This document shows positions 28,991-44,794 of a stretch of DNA of 64,000 bases, piece by piece. The stretch lies in the NCBI GenBank assembly GCA_964016885.1, contig OZ024748.1, forward strand, positions 8,432,001 to 8,496,000, given 5' to 3'. Origin of the DNA: Eledone cirrhosa. Taxonomy: Eukaryota. Within the stretch, counting starts at the first letter, position 1. Every line of letters starts with the position of its first letter. Made by a program: the position numbers and the translations under genes. Below the pieces are notes generated by a model, which ran no database searches, was not told the origin of the DNA, and worked only from the letters and a program-made list of their open reading frames with translations.

Positions 28991-29254
28991 ATGCTTCTTT
29001 TCAAATAATTACGAATTTCGAAGTTTATGTGCAGGTGAAGTGTGTGTAAGTAGTTGAAACAGCCACAGAGTATTAATAAAGTTTATAACTGAATAGAAAC
29101 GACACCAACAACATCAACAATATAAAAAAACATGGACGTACACTTTGATTAAACAGTATAGAGCTTACTGCATTTAACACTCTGCTCCATATATCTCCCC
29201 ATACACACACAGATACGTATATAGCCTCTCTCATACACGTATATAATACATATA

Positions 29255-29290
<36 letters not shown>

Positions 29291-29515
29291 TATAATATAT
29301 ATATATAATGTTTATATATATGTATATATATACGTGCGTATTCATACACAAATATGTATGTATGTAATGTATGTTTGCATTCATATATATATGCATCGTT
29401 ATATGTATATGTATATATATATGTATATGTATATATATATGTATATATATATATATGTATATGTATGTATATATATATATGTATATGTATATATATGTAT
29501 ATGTATGTATATATA

Positions 29516-29568
<53 letters not shown>

Positions 29569-29572
29569 ATAT

Positions 29573-29627
<55 letters not shown>

Positions 29628-29773
29628 TGTATATATATGTATATATATATATGTATATATATATATATGTATATATATATATGTATATATATATATGTAT
29701 ATATATATATATGTATATATATATATGTATATATAAATATATATGTATATATATATATGTATATATATATATG

Positions 29774-29804
<31 letters not shown>

Positions 29805-31054
29805 GTATATATAAATATATATGTATATATATATATGTATACATATATGTATATATACATATAGCTATGTTACAAATGTGTTTGGAAATCATACTAACCT
29901 CTATGAAAATGAAAATACAAATTCTATTTATTTTCTTTAATAATATTATCTTTGAACATTGAAAAGAAAAAAATCTTTCCAATTATGCTTCATTCAAGCC
30001 AAAACTTATATTCATGCAACGATGGAAGAGAAGCAGAGAGACACATGATTATCACGGTTCTTTTAAATGATGGCATCTCATTTAATTCACTTGAGGTGAG
30101 AATGATAATTTAATATAAAAGATTACTCTATGATTTCTTTCAAACTAATCTTCAATGGATAGTCTGATTTCCAAAATCTTCCGCCAATATTTCCTCTTAT
30201 TTACTTAGTTTAAACATACTGTTATCTATTTATTTGATTTTTCACTGTCCTTATCTTCTCTTGAGAGAAGAACTTTAGGAATTGATATAAAAATAATTCA
30301 GTTGAAGATATTGATCACTAGGATTTAAATTAAATATGTTTTATGATTGATTAAATTTTAGTGATATTATTTAGTTGGAGTTGATAAAATTCAATTTTGA
30401 TTTAATAGATCGATGGTCACTGACCAGTGGTCTGAATAATTTTCCAGAAATCAAACTAAAATAATACATTTGACAAAATATTGATTCTGTTCGATTTCTG
30501 TAAATTCTGGGGACGAGTATTGCAGTTCATTTGAGAAACCGAAAAAGCTGCTCTGCCCATGTAATTCCCATGCAAGTGGCTGAGCATTCCACAAACACCA
30601 AATGTACTCTTAACATAGCTCTCAGGTAGATTCATCAATGAACAATAGGTAAAGCTCATTTCTGCCATCTGAATGAACTCCTACAATATAAAAGTAAATG
30701 TCTTGCTCAAGGATACAACGTATTAACGGTTAACACAGGACCTTACGATCTACAGCCTAACTACTAAACCACATGATTTCTTAAAATATTGCTTGAACGT
30801 ATACTCTGTTTTTACCTGTTCCGGCCATCCGACTGAGGCCATGCTGGGGCAATAAACAGATGATAATATATCTAAAATTGAGGATGAATTGAAGTAGTAG
30901 CTATGATTATATAGGATATTATACATATAACAGAGGGAGGAAGGCCTTATCCTATCATATCCACATTTAGTAGACTGAAGAGAGTACTAGTCTAACCTGG
31001 TCACTTCTCAACCTCATCACTGAATCATCGGGGGACCCTGGACAGTAATATAAA

Positions 31055-31275
31055 TAATGGTTCCTGATTTAGGCATAAGGCCAGCAATTTTTGTGGGAGG
31101 GGAAAGTCGATTAAATCGATCCCAGTGTATTACTAGTACTTTATTTTATCGACCCTGTAAGGATGAAAGGTAAAGCGAACCTCGGTGGGATTTGAATTCA
31201 GAACGTAAAGGGCCATAACTCTACACCGTGAAGCAGGGTGTTCGACGCTCTACCGATTACTGTCAATCCACCACC
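31055..31275 (-). mobile_element. tRNA-derived SINE, same family (long-tail variant)
   Basis: ttattttatcgaccctgtaaggatgaaagg..ggatttgaattcagaacg. Confidence 0.8.
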
Positions 31276-31379
31276 ATTGTATAGTCAATAATAATGCTAC
31301 TGTAGGATATAGTTAACTAATCTGGTCTACCTCCATTAACGTTTTATCCTGAGCCTTTCATTTAAACACACTCCCCCAC

Positions 31380-31700
31380 ATCAGATATCGATGGACCTCC
31401 GTCGGTTCCGATGGTGAGTGATCCATTTGTTCGATGAAAGGAACAGCCTGCGCTTGAAATTAACGTAAGTGGCTGAGTCGTCAAAAGAAACGGGTATCCT
31501 TAACGTGATTTTCAGAGAAATCAGCGTATGGCAGAGCTGGCCCTTTCAAATAATTACAGGTACCATCCATCCACCGGGCTTCCATACTGTTTCCGTCTAC
31601 CCAATATCGTTAAGAAGGTATGGGTAGACCGTAGTAAATGACATTTGGCTAAGATGCCATGCAGTGGAATCGAACCAGAGACTGATTGATTTCGAAACCA
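31380..31700 (-). mobile_element. Degenerate SINE (related copy at 35455-35870)
   Basis: Shared blocks gatggacctccg../gatggatctccg, tcgat..ggaaca and gacatttg.c..gaatcgaac. Confidence 0.5.
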
Positions 31701-32099
31701 TTCTACGTCAGCACACACACCAGATCAGATATAGCTCTTAGCTAAATTACTTGCTATCAGTTTTAACTCTGTCCACAGAAACTCCATTCAATAGAATGTC
31801 TGAAGAAGACAGGCGAGAGTTAAAAAGGAAGGTTTCATAAAATATGGGCAGTAACTTCCCACACCGACTCCTTTCTAAAATAAATTAAAGGTATATTCAT
31901 ACACAAACACACATGCACACATGCATATATATATATATATATATATATAACATTCATATGCATAATACGCACACATACACATACATACATACGTAGTTAC
32001 GTAGAGACATATGTGTCGGCATACATACGTATAAATCCAATTACAGAAGAAGAAGCGATTATAACAGACATACGGAGGGAAACGGACAGTCCTAGCATT

Positions 32100-32142
<43 letters not shown>

Positions 32143-32853
32143 GCATAACAACTACTGCTATATACACACTGGAACCTATATCTGTATATATACACTTAGA
32201 CATAGAAAGATAGAAGTATGGAGAGAGAGAGAGATGTCGACACAAACAACACCAGAAACAACGACGACAACAAGAACAACTAAAACAACATCAGCAACAA
32301 GAACAAGAACAGACATAACAACAACAACAACCAACAACAACAACTACAACAACAAGCGGAACACATTAAAACCTTCTTTAAATTAAATTCAGTTAAAAGC
32401 AAACTCGGTTGAATGAAAAGAATTTATTTATAATAAAATAATCTAAATAAATAAATAAATAAATAAATAAATAGATAAAAAATTAAAATTAATGAAAAGT
32501 AAAGTAAAAAAACAAAGTTAAAAAAAATAAAACATAAAACAACGAAAATAAAATTGTTAAAAACATGTAAAATAATTGCAGAACAATGAAATGAAATGAA
32601 GAAGAGGAGAATAAAAAGATGAGAGAGGGTGGCAGTAAGAGGAAGAGATAATGAGAGAGAACAATAGAGAGAAGAAGAACAATAATGGTGGTAGCTAGAA
32701 CAAAGACTGAGGAGGGGGGAGAGGGAAGAGAGGGGGGGGGAGGAGGAGGAGAGGAAGGAGAAATAGAAGAATGAGAAGAAGAAGAAGAAGAAAAAGAAGA
32801 ACGAGAAGAACGAGAAGAAAAAGAAGAACGAATAGAAGAAAATGAAGTAGACG

Positions 32854-32885
<32 letters not shown>

Positions 32886-33037
32886 TTCTCATGAAAAGCA
32901 AGTGCAGTGTTGTTGTTAGTTATTCCATTAGAAAATTAATCATTCCGCCAATGATTAGATGGAAAACACGTTGGGCGTTATATTGTGTAGCGGAGGTTTG
33001 GTGGAGAAACAGGGGAGTACTACGCCGAAAAATGAGA

Positions 33038-33083
<46 letters not shown>

Positions 33084-33110
33084 CAAAAACATATAACACA
33101 TATACACATA

Positions 33111-33156
<46 letters not shown>

Positions 33157-34039
33157 TGAGCATTCATGTCTGAATAAAACAACATATACATATATATCTG
33201 CATACAAATATATACACAAAGGCACATACGGGCACATACTCATACATACACGTACACGCACGTATATACCTGTCAACCCATACACGTCATTACATGTCAT
33301 ATTTACCTTGTATTTTCTACATTGACAAATATTTCACATCAACTACCTTCCGAAAGTATATTCCACACCATAGACGATAGAGGGCCGATAATAATAACAC
33401 ATTTTAGACGGTAACTGATTTTCAGTTAAAACAACTCCAAAATGGGCGAAGATATTTGACCCAAGCTGGTTCAGTCAATGTAAGAATGGGCGCTTTCAAC
33501 AGTGCTGATGCACATGATCAGTTAGGATTGCATCTACTAAACACCCTAGTGTTGTTACTCCCTTTAATGGTATTTGGTATAAAGAGAAGTGATGTAATCT
33601 CAAGGAAAAACCAATGTCCACTCACCACCTAAACAGACTAAAGACAGATATCACCCAGACCTTTAAGTCCGACGCCCCAAAGAGCCCAACCGGCACCTAA
33701 GTTAAACATAGGAAACTTCCTACATTTACAAAATAAGGCATATGAGACATTTAGAAAGCCGAGTGAAACTCTCAGCTATATAGACGTAAGATTATCCCCC
33801 CCCCCCATGAATTTTAAGACTATGGTCAATTATATCGATATACAATTCAACCTTTCCCCCAAAAATATTTGTGACAGATCAGCTCTAGAAACCAGGAGCT
33901 TTCAGATAGGATATACCCACAACTAAGGGGAGAATAGGACGAAAGGAATTCTGGATGTTATCTACTTAAGTTCTCTACACGTTAGACATATTGAAACACT
34001 TGGAGGTTATACTAACTAAGAGTGTACGTCGGATAGCGG

Positions 34040-34075
<36 letters not shown>

Positions 34076-34257
34076 AGACACACACACACACACACACACA
34101 CACATGATTATAAGAGGTGATTGATGTGCATGCTTGTGTATATATGTACATGTGCATGTGTGTATCTATATGTGTGTAAATATACGCACTTAGATGTCTA
34201 TGAGTTCATACACTCATATATAATTTTTTCTCTGCGTGCATATCTCTCTTTCAATCG

Positions 34258-34320
<63 letters not shown>

Positions 34321-34396
34321 AACACACATTCCCATGCACTCACACACATACACATATGTGTATACATATATACATATATATATATACATGTATATG

Positions 34397-34481
<85 letters not shown>

Positions 34482-34503
34482 ATCTCTCTCTCTCTCTCTC
34501 TCC

Positions 34504-34541
<38 letters not shown>

Positions 34542-34592
34542 CTCTCTATATATATATATATATCTCTCTCTATATATATCTCTCTCTCTATA

Positions 34593-34694
<102 letters not shown>

Positions 34695-34809
34695 ATATAT
34701 ATATATCTCTCTATATATATATATATATCTCTCTATATATATATATATCTATATATATATATATCTCTCTCTATATATATATATATATCTATATATATAT
34801 ATATATATA

Positions 34810-34840
<31 letters not shown>

Positions 34841-35063
34841 CTATATATATATATATATATTTATATCTATATATATATATATATATATCTATATATATAT
34901 ATATATATATATATATCTATCTATATATATATATATATATCTATCTATATATATATATCTATATCTATATATATCTCTATATATATCTATATATATATAT
35001 CTATATATATCTATATATATATCTATATATATATCTATATATATATCTATATCTATATATATA

Positions 35064-35123
<60 letters not shown>

Positions 35124-35948
35124 CATACCTAGTGCATACAGAACTCTATATATAAATATTGTTTATATATATAGCTGCATGCAGGCAATGCCCTCATAGT
35201 TATAACGATACACAACAGAGAACAGTATAGAGAAAGTAAGACTATAGCCCAAAGGCTTGAACAACTAAAAAATATATGACTTTGAAACTTTGAATAAAAT
35301 ATCTTGCTGAAACAAAACAGATTTTTTTCTAGTAGTTAGTTGCAATATAGAGACAATAATATTAAATAAGAACACATACATATACATACTTATACACATT
35401 CATTCACGCATACATATATATAAATACATGCATATATATATATATATATATAGATGGATCTCCGTGGGTTTCGACGACGATGAATGTTCCAGTTGCTCGA
35501 TCAACGGAACAATCTGGTCATAAAATTTGAAGTTAATGTGTAAATCCATGGCAATTGCAAAGACACGTGTAGTTTTAATATATATTGTTTCAATAAATTC
35601 AGTGTGACACAGTGTGTGACATAGCTGGACCAGTGAATTACTAGTACATTCCGCTTGACAGACTTTGTGACATAGCTGGACCATTGAATTAATGGTACAA
35701 TCCGCCTGACAGGTTTTCAAGCAATTTCTATCTCTAGTTTCACAAGACATATATCGATCTGAAACTATGGTAAAAGACATTTGCCCCACAAATATCTCGC
35801 ATTAGGATCGAACTCAACATCGAACCCAATGATTACTAATCAAACTTAATAACCATTTGACCGTGCCGTGTTCCCAAGACTTAATAGTGTTGTTATAATG
35901 ATGTTTGTGGCAGTGGTGGCTGTGATAACTACCAAATATATATATGTG

Positions 35949-36180
35949 TAAAAATTGATGAGCAGAACAAACAAACATTAAACAATCCTTTAAATAAATT
36001 AAAAAATAATTTAAATTTTTAATTCATTTAAAGGATTGTTTAATGTTTGTTTGTTCTGCTCATCAATTTTTATAGTTCTGGTATCTCGAATTAGTACCAT
36101 AGAACAACAATTATATTGTAGACACCCTATATATCTCAGTGTCTACTTAGTGCTCAATGAGATATTTACCTCATTTTTAT
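35949..36180 (+). mobile_element. TA-flanked palindrome (~60-bp arms) plus ~108-bp tail
   Basis: taaaaattgatgagcagaacaaacaaacattaaacaatcctttaaat is inverted at 36026-36072. Confidence 0.6.
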
Positions 36181-36199
36181 ATATGTATATATATATATA

Positions 36200-36386
36200 A
36201 CTGTTTCTACTTTTGGCACAAGGCCAGCAATTATCCAGTACATTACTGGTACTTTATTTTATCGACCCCGTAAGGATGAAAGGCAAAGTTAACCTCGACG
36301 GGATTTGAACTCAGACCGTAAAGGGACGTAACTATGCTGGAAAGCATGGCGTCCGACTCTCTACCGATACTGCCAATCCACCGCCC
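36200..36386 (-). mobile_element. tRNA-derived SINE, same family
   Basis: Full head-to-tail copy between TA tracts. Confidence 0.8.
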
Positions 36387-36457
36387 TATATATATATATA
36401 ACGGCCATGAATTAGTTTTGCGAGGTTTTTGATATGAAATCGTGTGTCGAAACAAAT

Positions 36458-37020
36458 ATTGTTATACTTGGGGAGGGTCATATTTGTGTAATAATATTGC
36501 CAGAATTAATAACAGAACACATTCACTGTTTGGTTGGTTTTCGCTTCTGTGTCTTTTATATCGGTTAATTTAATTTATTCGGTCCTCAATGTTACCATTG
36601 ACTGACCAACGGTCAAAATAAAATACAGATACAATATAGACACACAACACATATATATATAGTCTAACAAAGTTCTTTCGTTGCACATCTGCAACATCGT
36701 CAGTGGTGCTATTATGTTTCCTCCCGTTGTATTGCATGCCTACGCCATCTTTCTAGGCATACAATATAACGGGAGGAAACATAATAGCACCACTGACGAT
36801 GTTGCAGATGTGCAACGAAAGAACTTTGTTAGACTATATATATGTGTTTGTGTCTATATTGTATCTGTATTTTTGACCGTTGGTCATATTGAGGACCGAA
36901 TAAATTAAATTAACCGATATAAAAGACACAGAAGCGAAAACTAACCAAACAGTGAGTGTGTTCTGTTATTAATTCTGGCAATATTATTACACAAATATGA
37001 CCCTCCCCAAGTATAACAAT
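36458..37020. mobile_element. Family B fold-back element (~270-bp inverted arms with hammerhead-like core)
   Basis: Arms 36458-36742 and 36754-37020 with an 11-nt spacer. Partial copies occur at 8918-9305 (SINE-interrupted) and 26788-26880. Confidence 0.75.
36788..36830 (+). ncRNA. Hammerhead-like motif (weak stem I); mirror copy on the minus strand at 36665-36708
   Basis: CTGACGA-t-gttgca-gatg-tgcaac-GAAA-gaact-tt. Stem II is a perfect 6 bp and aaagaacttt is near-palindromic, but stem I pairs poorly. Confidence 0.55.
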
Positions 37021-37148
37021 TTATATGTATATATATAAACCGCGGAGTGCTTTAGATTTTCTATCAACCAACTTTCTTCAATTGAATAAACATTAAATAT
37101 ATATATATATATATAATTACATGTAGTTATATAAGTATACGCACTCAC

Positions 37149-37244
<96 letters not shown>

Positions 37245-37348
37245 TACAATACAAACACACATATACCTAACCTCATGTATTCCTGCACACAGAATTTTTT
37301 CCTCGTACACAAAATACCACAAGTCTAATCGAATTTCAATCTTTAACA

Positions 37349-37439
<91 letters not shown>

Positions 37440-37782
37440 GAGAGAGAGAATGTGTGTGTGTCTGTGTGTCTATATGTGTGTGTGTGTGTATGTGTGTGTA
37501 TGTGTGTGTGTGTGTGTGTCTGTGTCTGTGTGTGTGTGTGTGTATAAAGAATACAAGAACCACTTTGTGATATTCTTTCAGAAAATCTTTGTCACACAAT
37601 ATAACATGAACGATGTGTTAATAAGAAAGGTGGCAAAACATTGACGCCTACATACAGGCCACATATTCACACACATACACTAATATATATATATACATAT
37701 GTGTGTGTGTACGCATATATATTTGTATATACCTATATATCTATACACACACATATATATGAAGATATATATGCATATATAC

Positions 37783-37813
<31 letters not shown>

Positions 37814-37852
37814 TATATGCATATATATATATATATATATATGCATATATAC

Positions 37853-37883
<31 letters not shown>

Positions 37884-37894
37884 TGCATATATAC

Positions 37895-37939
<45 letters not shown>

Positions 37940-38049
37940 TATATACATATATATATATGTGTATATATATATATATGTATATATACTCACACACACACAT
38001 ATATATATGTGTATATATATATATATATACTCACACACACACACATATA

Positions 38050-38112
<63 letters not shown>

Positions 38113-38127
38113 TCACACACACATATA

Positions 38128-38170
<43 letters not shown>

Positions 38171-38312
38171 TCACACACACATATATATATATATACACAC
38201 ATATTTATATACATATATACGTATATATATAGATATAGACATACATATATACATACGCATATATATATATGTCTATACATACATACATACATACATACAT
38301 ACATACATACAA

Positions 38313-38343
<31 letters not shown>

Positions 38344-38646
38344 TTAAGTTAACATACACGAGTAGTCTATTATGAAGTGTGAGTGTGAAGCACGCACTGT
38401 AGTTCTCATTTGCATACACGGATATGCCTGCATATGAACTCTTTTCAGTTACTGATCATTAATTTTCATTATAGTAAATCAGAAAATAATAAGAAAAATA
38501 TCCCCCTCCGTCGATTCTAAAGAGATCAGTCAACACGGTGCATGGATGTGCGTGTTTATTAGAATATTGATTAACAGATGCATTAATATAGGCCTACACT
38601 ATATACAGACGTATATACATACATATATATAAACACGTATGGGTGC

Positions 38647-38728
<82 letters not shown>

Positions 38729-38795
38729 GCACCCACAAACTTGTGTGGTTGAGTGTATGTGTGTGTATATATATATATGAAAATAGAGGTAAATA

Positions 38796-38898
<103 letters not shown>

Positions 38899-39005
38899 AT
38901 ATATATATATATATATATGTATATATTTATTAAAATAACAGATTAATGTTTAAGCAAAGAATCGAGCCCTCTTTGGATTTTAGTCTTCAAATTTATTATT
39001 ATTAC

Positions 39006-39036
<31 letters not shown>

Positions 39037-39139
39037 GTAATATATATATATATATGTAATATATATATATATATATATGTAATATATATATAAATATATA
39101 TATATATATGTAATATATATATATATATATATATATATG

Positions 39140-39204
<65 letters not shown>

Positions 39205-39227
39205 GTGCGTGTGTATATATATATATT

Positions 39228-39331
<104 letters not shown>

Positions 39332-40394
39332 GATACACAAATATTAAGAAATATTTGCTACAACGAGTTATGTTGGAGAAACAATTCATAAATATGTGAT
39401 AAATACTGTTTATTTCCAATGAACACGTATCGTTAGCTCAGTTTTTACTGTTTGTTGAAAAGCAATAAGTATGGATTTCAATGAAAGGGAATCTATCCAG
39501 GCTCGGATTTTCTTCCATTGCTAAAACCTCTCACTGATGTATATAAATAATTCTTGCAACATGATACTATGCAGCTAAGCTTCGGTATTTACATAAACAC
39601 AAATATCGTAGTTGATAAAGGGAAAAAGAAGGCATAATAAGCCACTGTGAAGAGGTGTATAAACCAACACAATGATATATAGTTGGAGAAATATTAATTG
39701 GACAAATAGTAAAGAAACAATGAAAATAGTTTGTCATGTTGAATTTGGAAATGGTACGTCTGATTTGTTGCTGATTTTAAGCTTAAGATTTCTCATACAC
39801 ATATATATCAGGATGGATTCAGTTAGAAACTGGTTAGACCATTACTCAACAGAGTACTCGATACTTGAGGCAGAAGAGTATAGTTATATTATAAAGAGTC
39901 AGGACGCTGGAACTAGCTGTTGAAACAGCAAGAGCTCAATATATATTGAATTCTATAAACTCATAGGCACCTTTCGTCCACGAATGACCATTGGTTTTGC
40001 AGTTACAAAGATCCCCTCCGAGGCACAAGCTCGGGCATACCAGTCTCCTCTTTCGACACCATTTATGTCGTCTACGAGAAAGGTAGATCCCAACACAGCT
40101 TGATGCCAGTGACATCGCAACTCATATAAACACTACATACACTATATATGATATCTTTTTAACTAATCTCTGTAGTGGAAATAATCAATGCAGCGTTCAT
40201 ATTTCGCCATAATCAGTTTAGATATCTTCAGTGAATTATTTGAGGATAACTAAACTATTCTTTCGTCAAAAATGACAACCTCTACATCTGTATAATGATT
40301 GCAAACCATTTGTTAAATTAGACGGTTGAAATGTCTAATATATTGTGTAACAAATTATTGTTATAAGCATAACATTAAAAGGAAACTTGATTAA

Positions 40395-40447
<53 letters not shown>

Positions 40448-40759
40448 TATACATATATATACATTTTAAAAATGATTTCGGATGTCAACAACTTTAAATA
40501 TTTTACATACATGGCATAAACATATTTAATATTGATCAAAATTGATAATTGTTTGAAATAATTGTAACTGACAAAGATAGAAGAGATCATAGCATTGCTC
40601 TGTGATTTATCAGAACAAATTCTTTAAAATTATAAAATAGATTAAAATTTTAAACTTTTCTGAATTAGTAACTGGTTAATTGAAGGAACATCAGGAATAA
40701 TGGCAAGATTTATAACTAAGTTAATTATAACGTGTTTGTTTTAAGTTTGATAAACGAAA

Positions 40760-41003
40760 AGTTGTTGATGGTTAGTGTTAGTGTGGTGTGTTAACAGCTT
40801 TAGAACAGTGTATGAGTTGATGATTGTTAGTACATGTGTGGTGTGTTAACAGGATTAGAACAGTGTAGGAGCTGTTGATGGTTAGTGTCAGTGTGGTGTG
40901 TTAACAGCCTTAGAACAGTGTATGAGTTGTTGATGGTTAGTGTTAGTGTGGTGTATTAACAGGATTAGAACAGCGGATGAGCTGTTGATTGTTAGTACGT
41001 GGT
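40760..41003. repeat. ~50-55-bp tandem repeat, 4-5 copies
   Basis: gttgatggttagtgttagtgtggtgtgttaacag..ttagaacagtgta repeated. Confidence 0.85.
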
Positions 41004-41191
41004 GTATTCATTTGCAATCCTTACGTTCTCAGTTCAAATCACGGCAAGATCAAATTTGTCTTTCCAGTCAAGTAATGGAATTAATGAAATTAAAATATTT
41101 TATCTTTTACTTCCTAATATTTCACAAAAACATCATCTAGATTAAATCCAAAACGAAATGATTATATATATATATATATATATGTGTGTGA

Positions 41192-41222
<31 letters not shown>

Positions 41223-41228
41223 CACACT

Positions 41229-41260
<32 letters not shown>

Positions 41261-41434
41261 GGTTGTAAAGTGACATTTAACTCCAGAGAAATGCTTTTCT
41301 TGCCAGGGAATTCTCAGCTCTTGTTAAAATTGCACTGAAGAGTAAAGAGTACACAAAGTCATGTATCTACAGATGTACACACATACTCAGGAACACATAC
41401 AAACACACACATAAGCACATAAATACATACTTGC

Positions 41435-41484
<50 letters not shown>

Positions 41485-41559
41485 ATGTATATATGTATAT
41501 ATATATGCACATATATATGTATAAATATGCATACATGTATAAATCTATCTATCTATCTA

Positions 41560-41653
<94 letters not shown>

Positions 41654-44242
41654 AGTATGTATGTGTGTAAGTATGTGCGTGCTGTTTGCCCTGTATATGT
41701 ACATGTGTGCATATCTCTCTCTCTCTCTCTCTCTCTGTATATGTTCAGGAATATATAATTATACATCTAATAAACTGCATTCGTTACACTGCAGTATCAT
41801 TAGACATATTTACATTGTGAGTTATGAATGTATAATTATACATACAACATAAGCATAGGAAAAAAAATAGCCATTCTAAGCGCACGCATGCACATTCCAA
41901 TGTATAGAAAATAATTTTAATTGATATCTGCAGTTACATAACATTATGGAAATTTCACTTAAAGGGAACTTGAACAATATTCTAAAACTACGCCGACAAT
42001 GTGTAGCTGTATTGTAACAATATGTCAGCAAGAGTAAAATAGAAATCTGTTAACGCTAATAAACATATTTAATTAGATTCTATCTACTCTGGAATTACAA
42101 CACGCGAAAATCATAAGAAAGTCAAGCAGTTCTTGCTAAACAATATCAATCTAAATATGCATTATTAAAATGGCTCTGAAGAGAAACTCTAAAGGGGGAT
42201 TTTAAAAAAATTTTATCTTATTTTATTTAACTAAATAAAATAAATTTTGGTGTGTGTTAAAAAAATATATATATAAAAACAAACAAAAAAAAAAAAACAG
42301 CTCTTGTATACGAAACTGCTTGTATGTACAGATGCTTCGAATGACGGTGGTGGTGTGTGGTGGAGTGTGGGGTGTGTATAGAGGAAATTCTGTGTATCAG
42401 CGAATAAGTCTTCTCCCCATTATGCTCTCCAACCCTTCGTTGATAAAAGCAACGGAATTTATTCAATGGAAAGAAAGGCACTAAGAATAGGAAGGATATA
42501 AAATGAAATTGTACAAGAGAAAAAAAATATATATATAAATATAAATAAACAAAACAAGAATCACATCATAAATGAAAAGAGAAAAGAACTAGTATGTAAC
42601 ATAAATAAAACAAATGAAAATTACAATGAAATATGCCCGAAAAACAAAAGCAAATAGAGCCAAGTTTTAAAAGGTAAGACCGACTCGTATTAAAACTTAC
42701 TAATGGATTCGTTGAAAATGAGGAACTTTATTCATTAAATTTTAAACTTCAAACAAAATATTGAAAATAATTGAAGAATCTAGTCTTCTCAAATATGTAT
42801 TCATACAGGCTGTTGTTATTTGTGTTTCTTTGTCCTTAATGGTTTCAGAAGAGGAAAAATAAACAAACAAATCGATGATGAAATGAATAAATTCAAAATA
42901 GACGAGAAAAGCTAAAGAAAGAGGGGGGGGGGGGGGGAAACAAACAAACAAACAAACAAACAAAAAATATAGATATACGTGGAAAGGTTGATAAATTAAG
43001 CCAATCGATTTGAAAACATGCATCGCATTACCCACATAATGTAGAACTGGAATAATTCTGTGGCAAAATTTGGAAGTCTAATTGCCTATTACTTTCTCTG
43101 TTTCTTATTCACATCACTTTGCTGTTTGCATGTTATTGTTATCGTTGTTCTTCTCAGTTTATGCATTCAATATTTCAATTTAATATTTGAACATTAACGT
43201 AAGAAGAAGCAAAATTCACTTGAAAGAGAAATAAAAATATCTCCACTGATTTTTATAGTGTGAGATTTACAACGACCAATGGACACAAATAGTTTTACTT
43301 TCAAACATTTTCCTCTCATATTAGAACAAAAAATATCTAAAACCTTTCTTGTCTATAATCAACACTTTATTTACTTTCTTCATTTATCAGTATACCTAAA
43401 ATTGCAAATACCTGATGTGGATTTATCTTTTCTTTAAAATATGTATATATATTCGGCTATTTAATACGCCATATTGATGTAGAAAGACATATCAGTTTAA
43501 ATCTATATCTATCTATTTAATATAAATAGTAAGAAGCCCATATGTTCAAACTAGAGAAATGTTTGCAGTGTTATAGAAAATAAAGTTATACCCATCTTAA
43601 TATGTGCCCCGTTCCGAAGATAGTTCCTATATAACTTGTTGGATGGTCTTAATGTTTTTGTTGTCTATAGGTGTATTGTACCTGACATATCAATATTGTT
43701 TATTTAGACATTATATATCAGTAAAAGATATAGTGAAATTCCAAATATAGAGATTTAAGAAGAGAGATTATCATAGTATAAGAATTCAAAACAGAACCAA
43801 TCTTTATATACACGTGTATTTTGGAAATTATATAAAAAACGAGCGATAGAGAATATAGCATGTAGGTGTAAGATAACTGCCCCTAACGCTTTAATTGTAA
43901 TACTGAAGCCTTTATATGGTCGCTCCACCCACACTAAAATGACAGCCACACTTCTCTTAAGACTACGTTCCTTAAAAATAGCAGGATACGTTGGGTAAAG
44001 AAGCGAGTGTCTGAGAAAAGGCTGGAATATTCATAACTGGAACATCTTTTATTAAAAGTCTGCTTATTTAGGCTGTTTAGCCGCAGTTGCAACAAGGAAG
44101 CATATATGTGGTTACCGGAACTGCTAGAAATAACAGTCAAATCTCTCTCAAATCAGAACCCGAAGTCTTAGGAATGATACGTTGGAAAATACGTTAATCC
44201 TTGGTGAATTTCGTCTGAAATAATAAATGGGGTGAAGAAGGC

Positions 44243-44385
44243 TACCTGAGGCTTTACAGTAAGGTTTTGCTTATAAAGGTTTGTTTTATCAGGGCTTACC
44301 TGGGGTTAGGCAGTAAGGTTCTGCTTATAATGGTTTGTTTTATCAGAGCTTACCTGAGGCTTTACAGTAAGGTTCTGCTTGTAAT
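44243..44385. repeat. ~54-bp tandem repeat, ~2.7 copies
   Basis: tacctg.gg.tt..cagtaaggtt.tgctt repeated three times. Confidence 0.85.
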
Positions 44386-44756
44386 GTGTTCTGCCAGGTG
44401 ATGTGCACTATAGACCAGAAAATCAAACAAACAAAAGCAAAGAAAAATTCCTTAGAGTTCGATTATCCTTAGAACTTGAAGCTGAGATTAACAGCGAAGG
44501 AATTGGTCTCTCCAACAGAATGATTCACCAATGATGAACATTGAAAGTATTATTGAAATAAAAAATGTCTAACAACGTCACTAATGTCATGGTTGTTCTC
44601 TTATCACCAGAATATTCCTTATCTTATCAATTCCTACGAAAAAGATCAAGATCAATCGATATACTTATTCGCAGAATTTGTGTGATTTTATAAGAGATAA
44701 TTTCCCTGCTAACAAAACCTTTTTCTTTCTCATTTTGTTTTTGTTTTTGTTTTCAG

Positions 44757-44794
44757 TATATATTCCAGTCTCGTTTACTCCTCGAACAGAGTGA
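44757..44794 (+). other. Candidate small or terminal exon of an unidentified host gene
   Basis: Branch-point tgctaac (44707-44713), a long pyrimidine tract and a CAG acceptor (44754-44756), followed by either a gtgaga donor at 44791 or an in-frame stop (YIPVSFTPRTE*). Confidence 0.3.
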
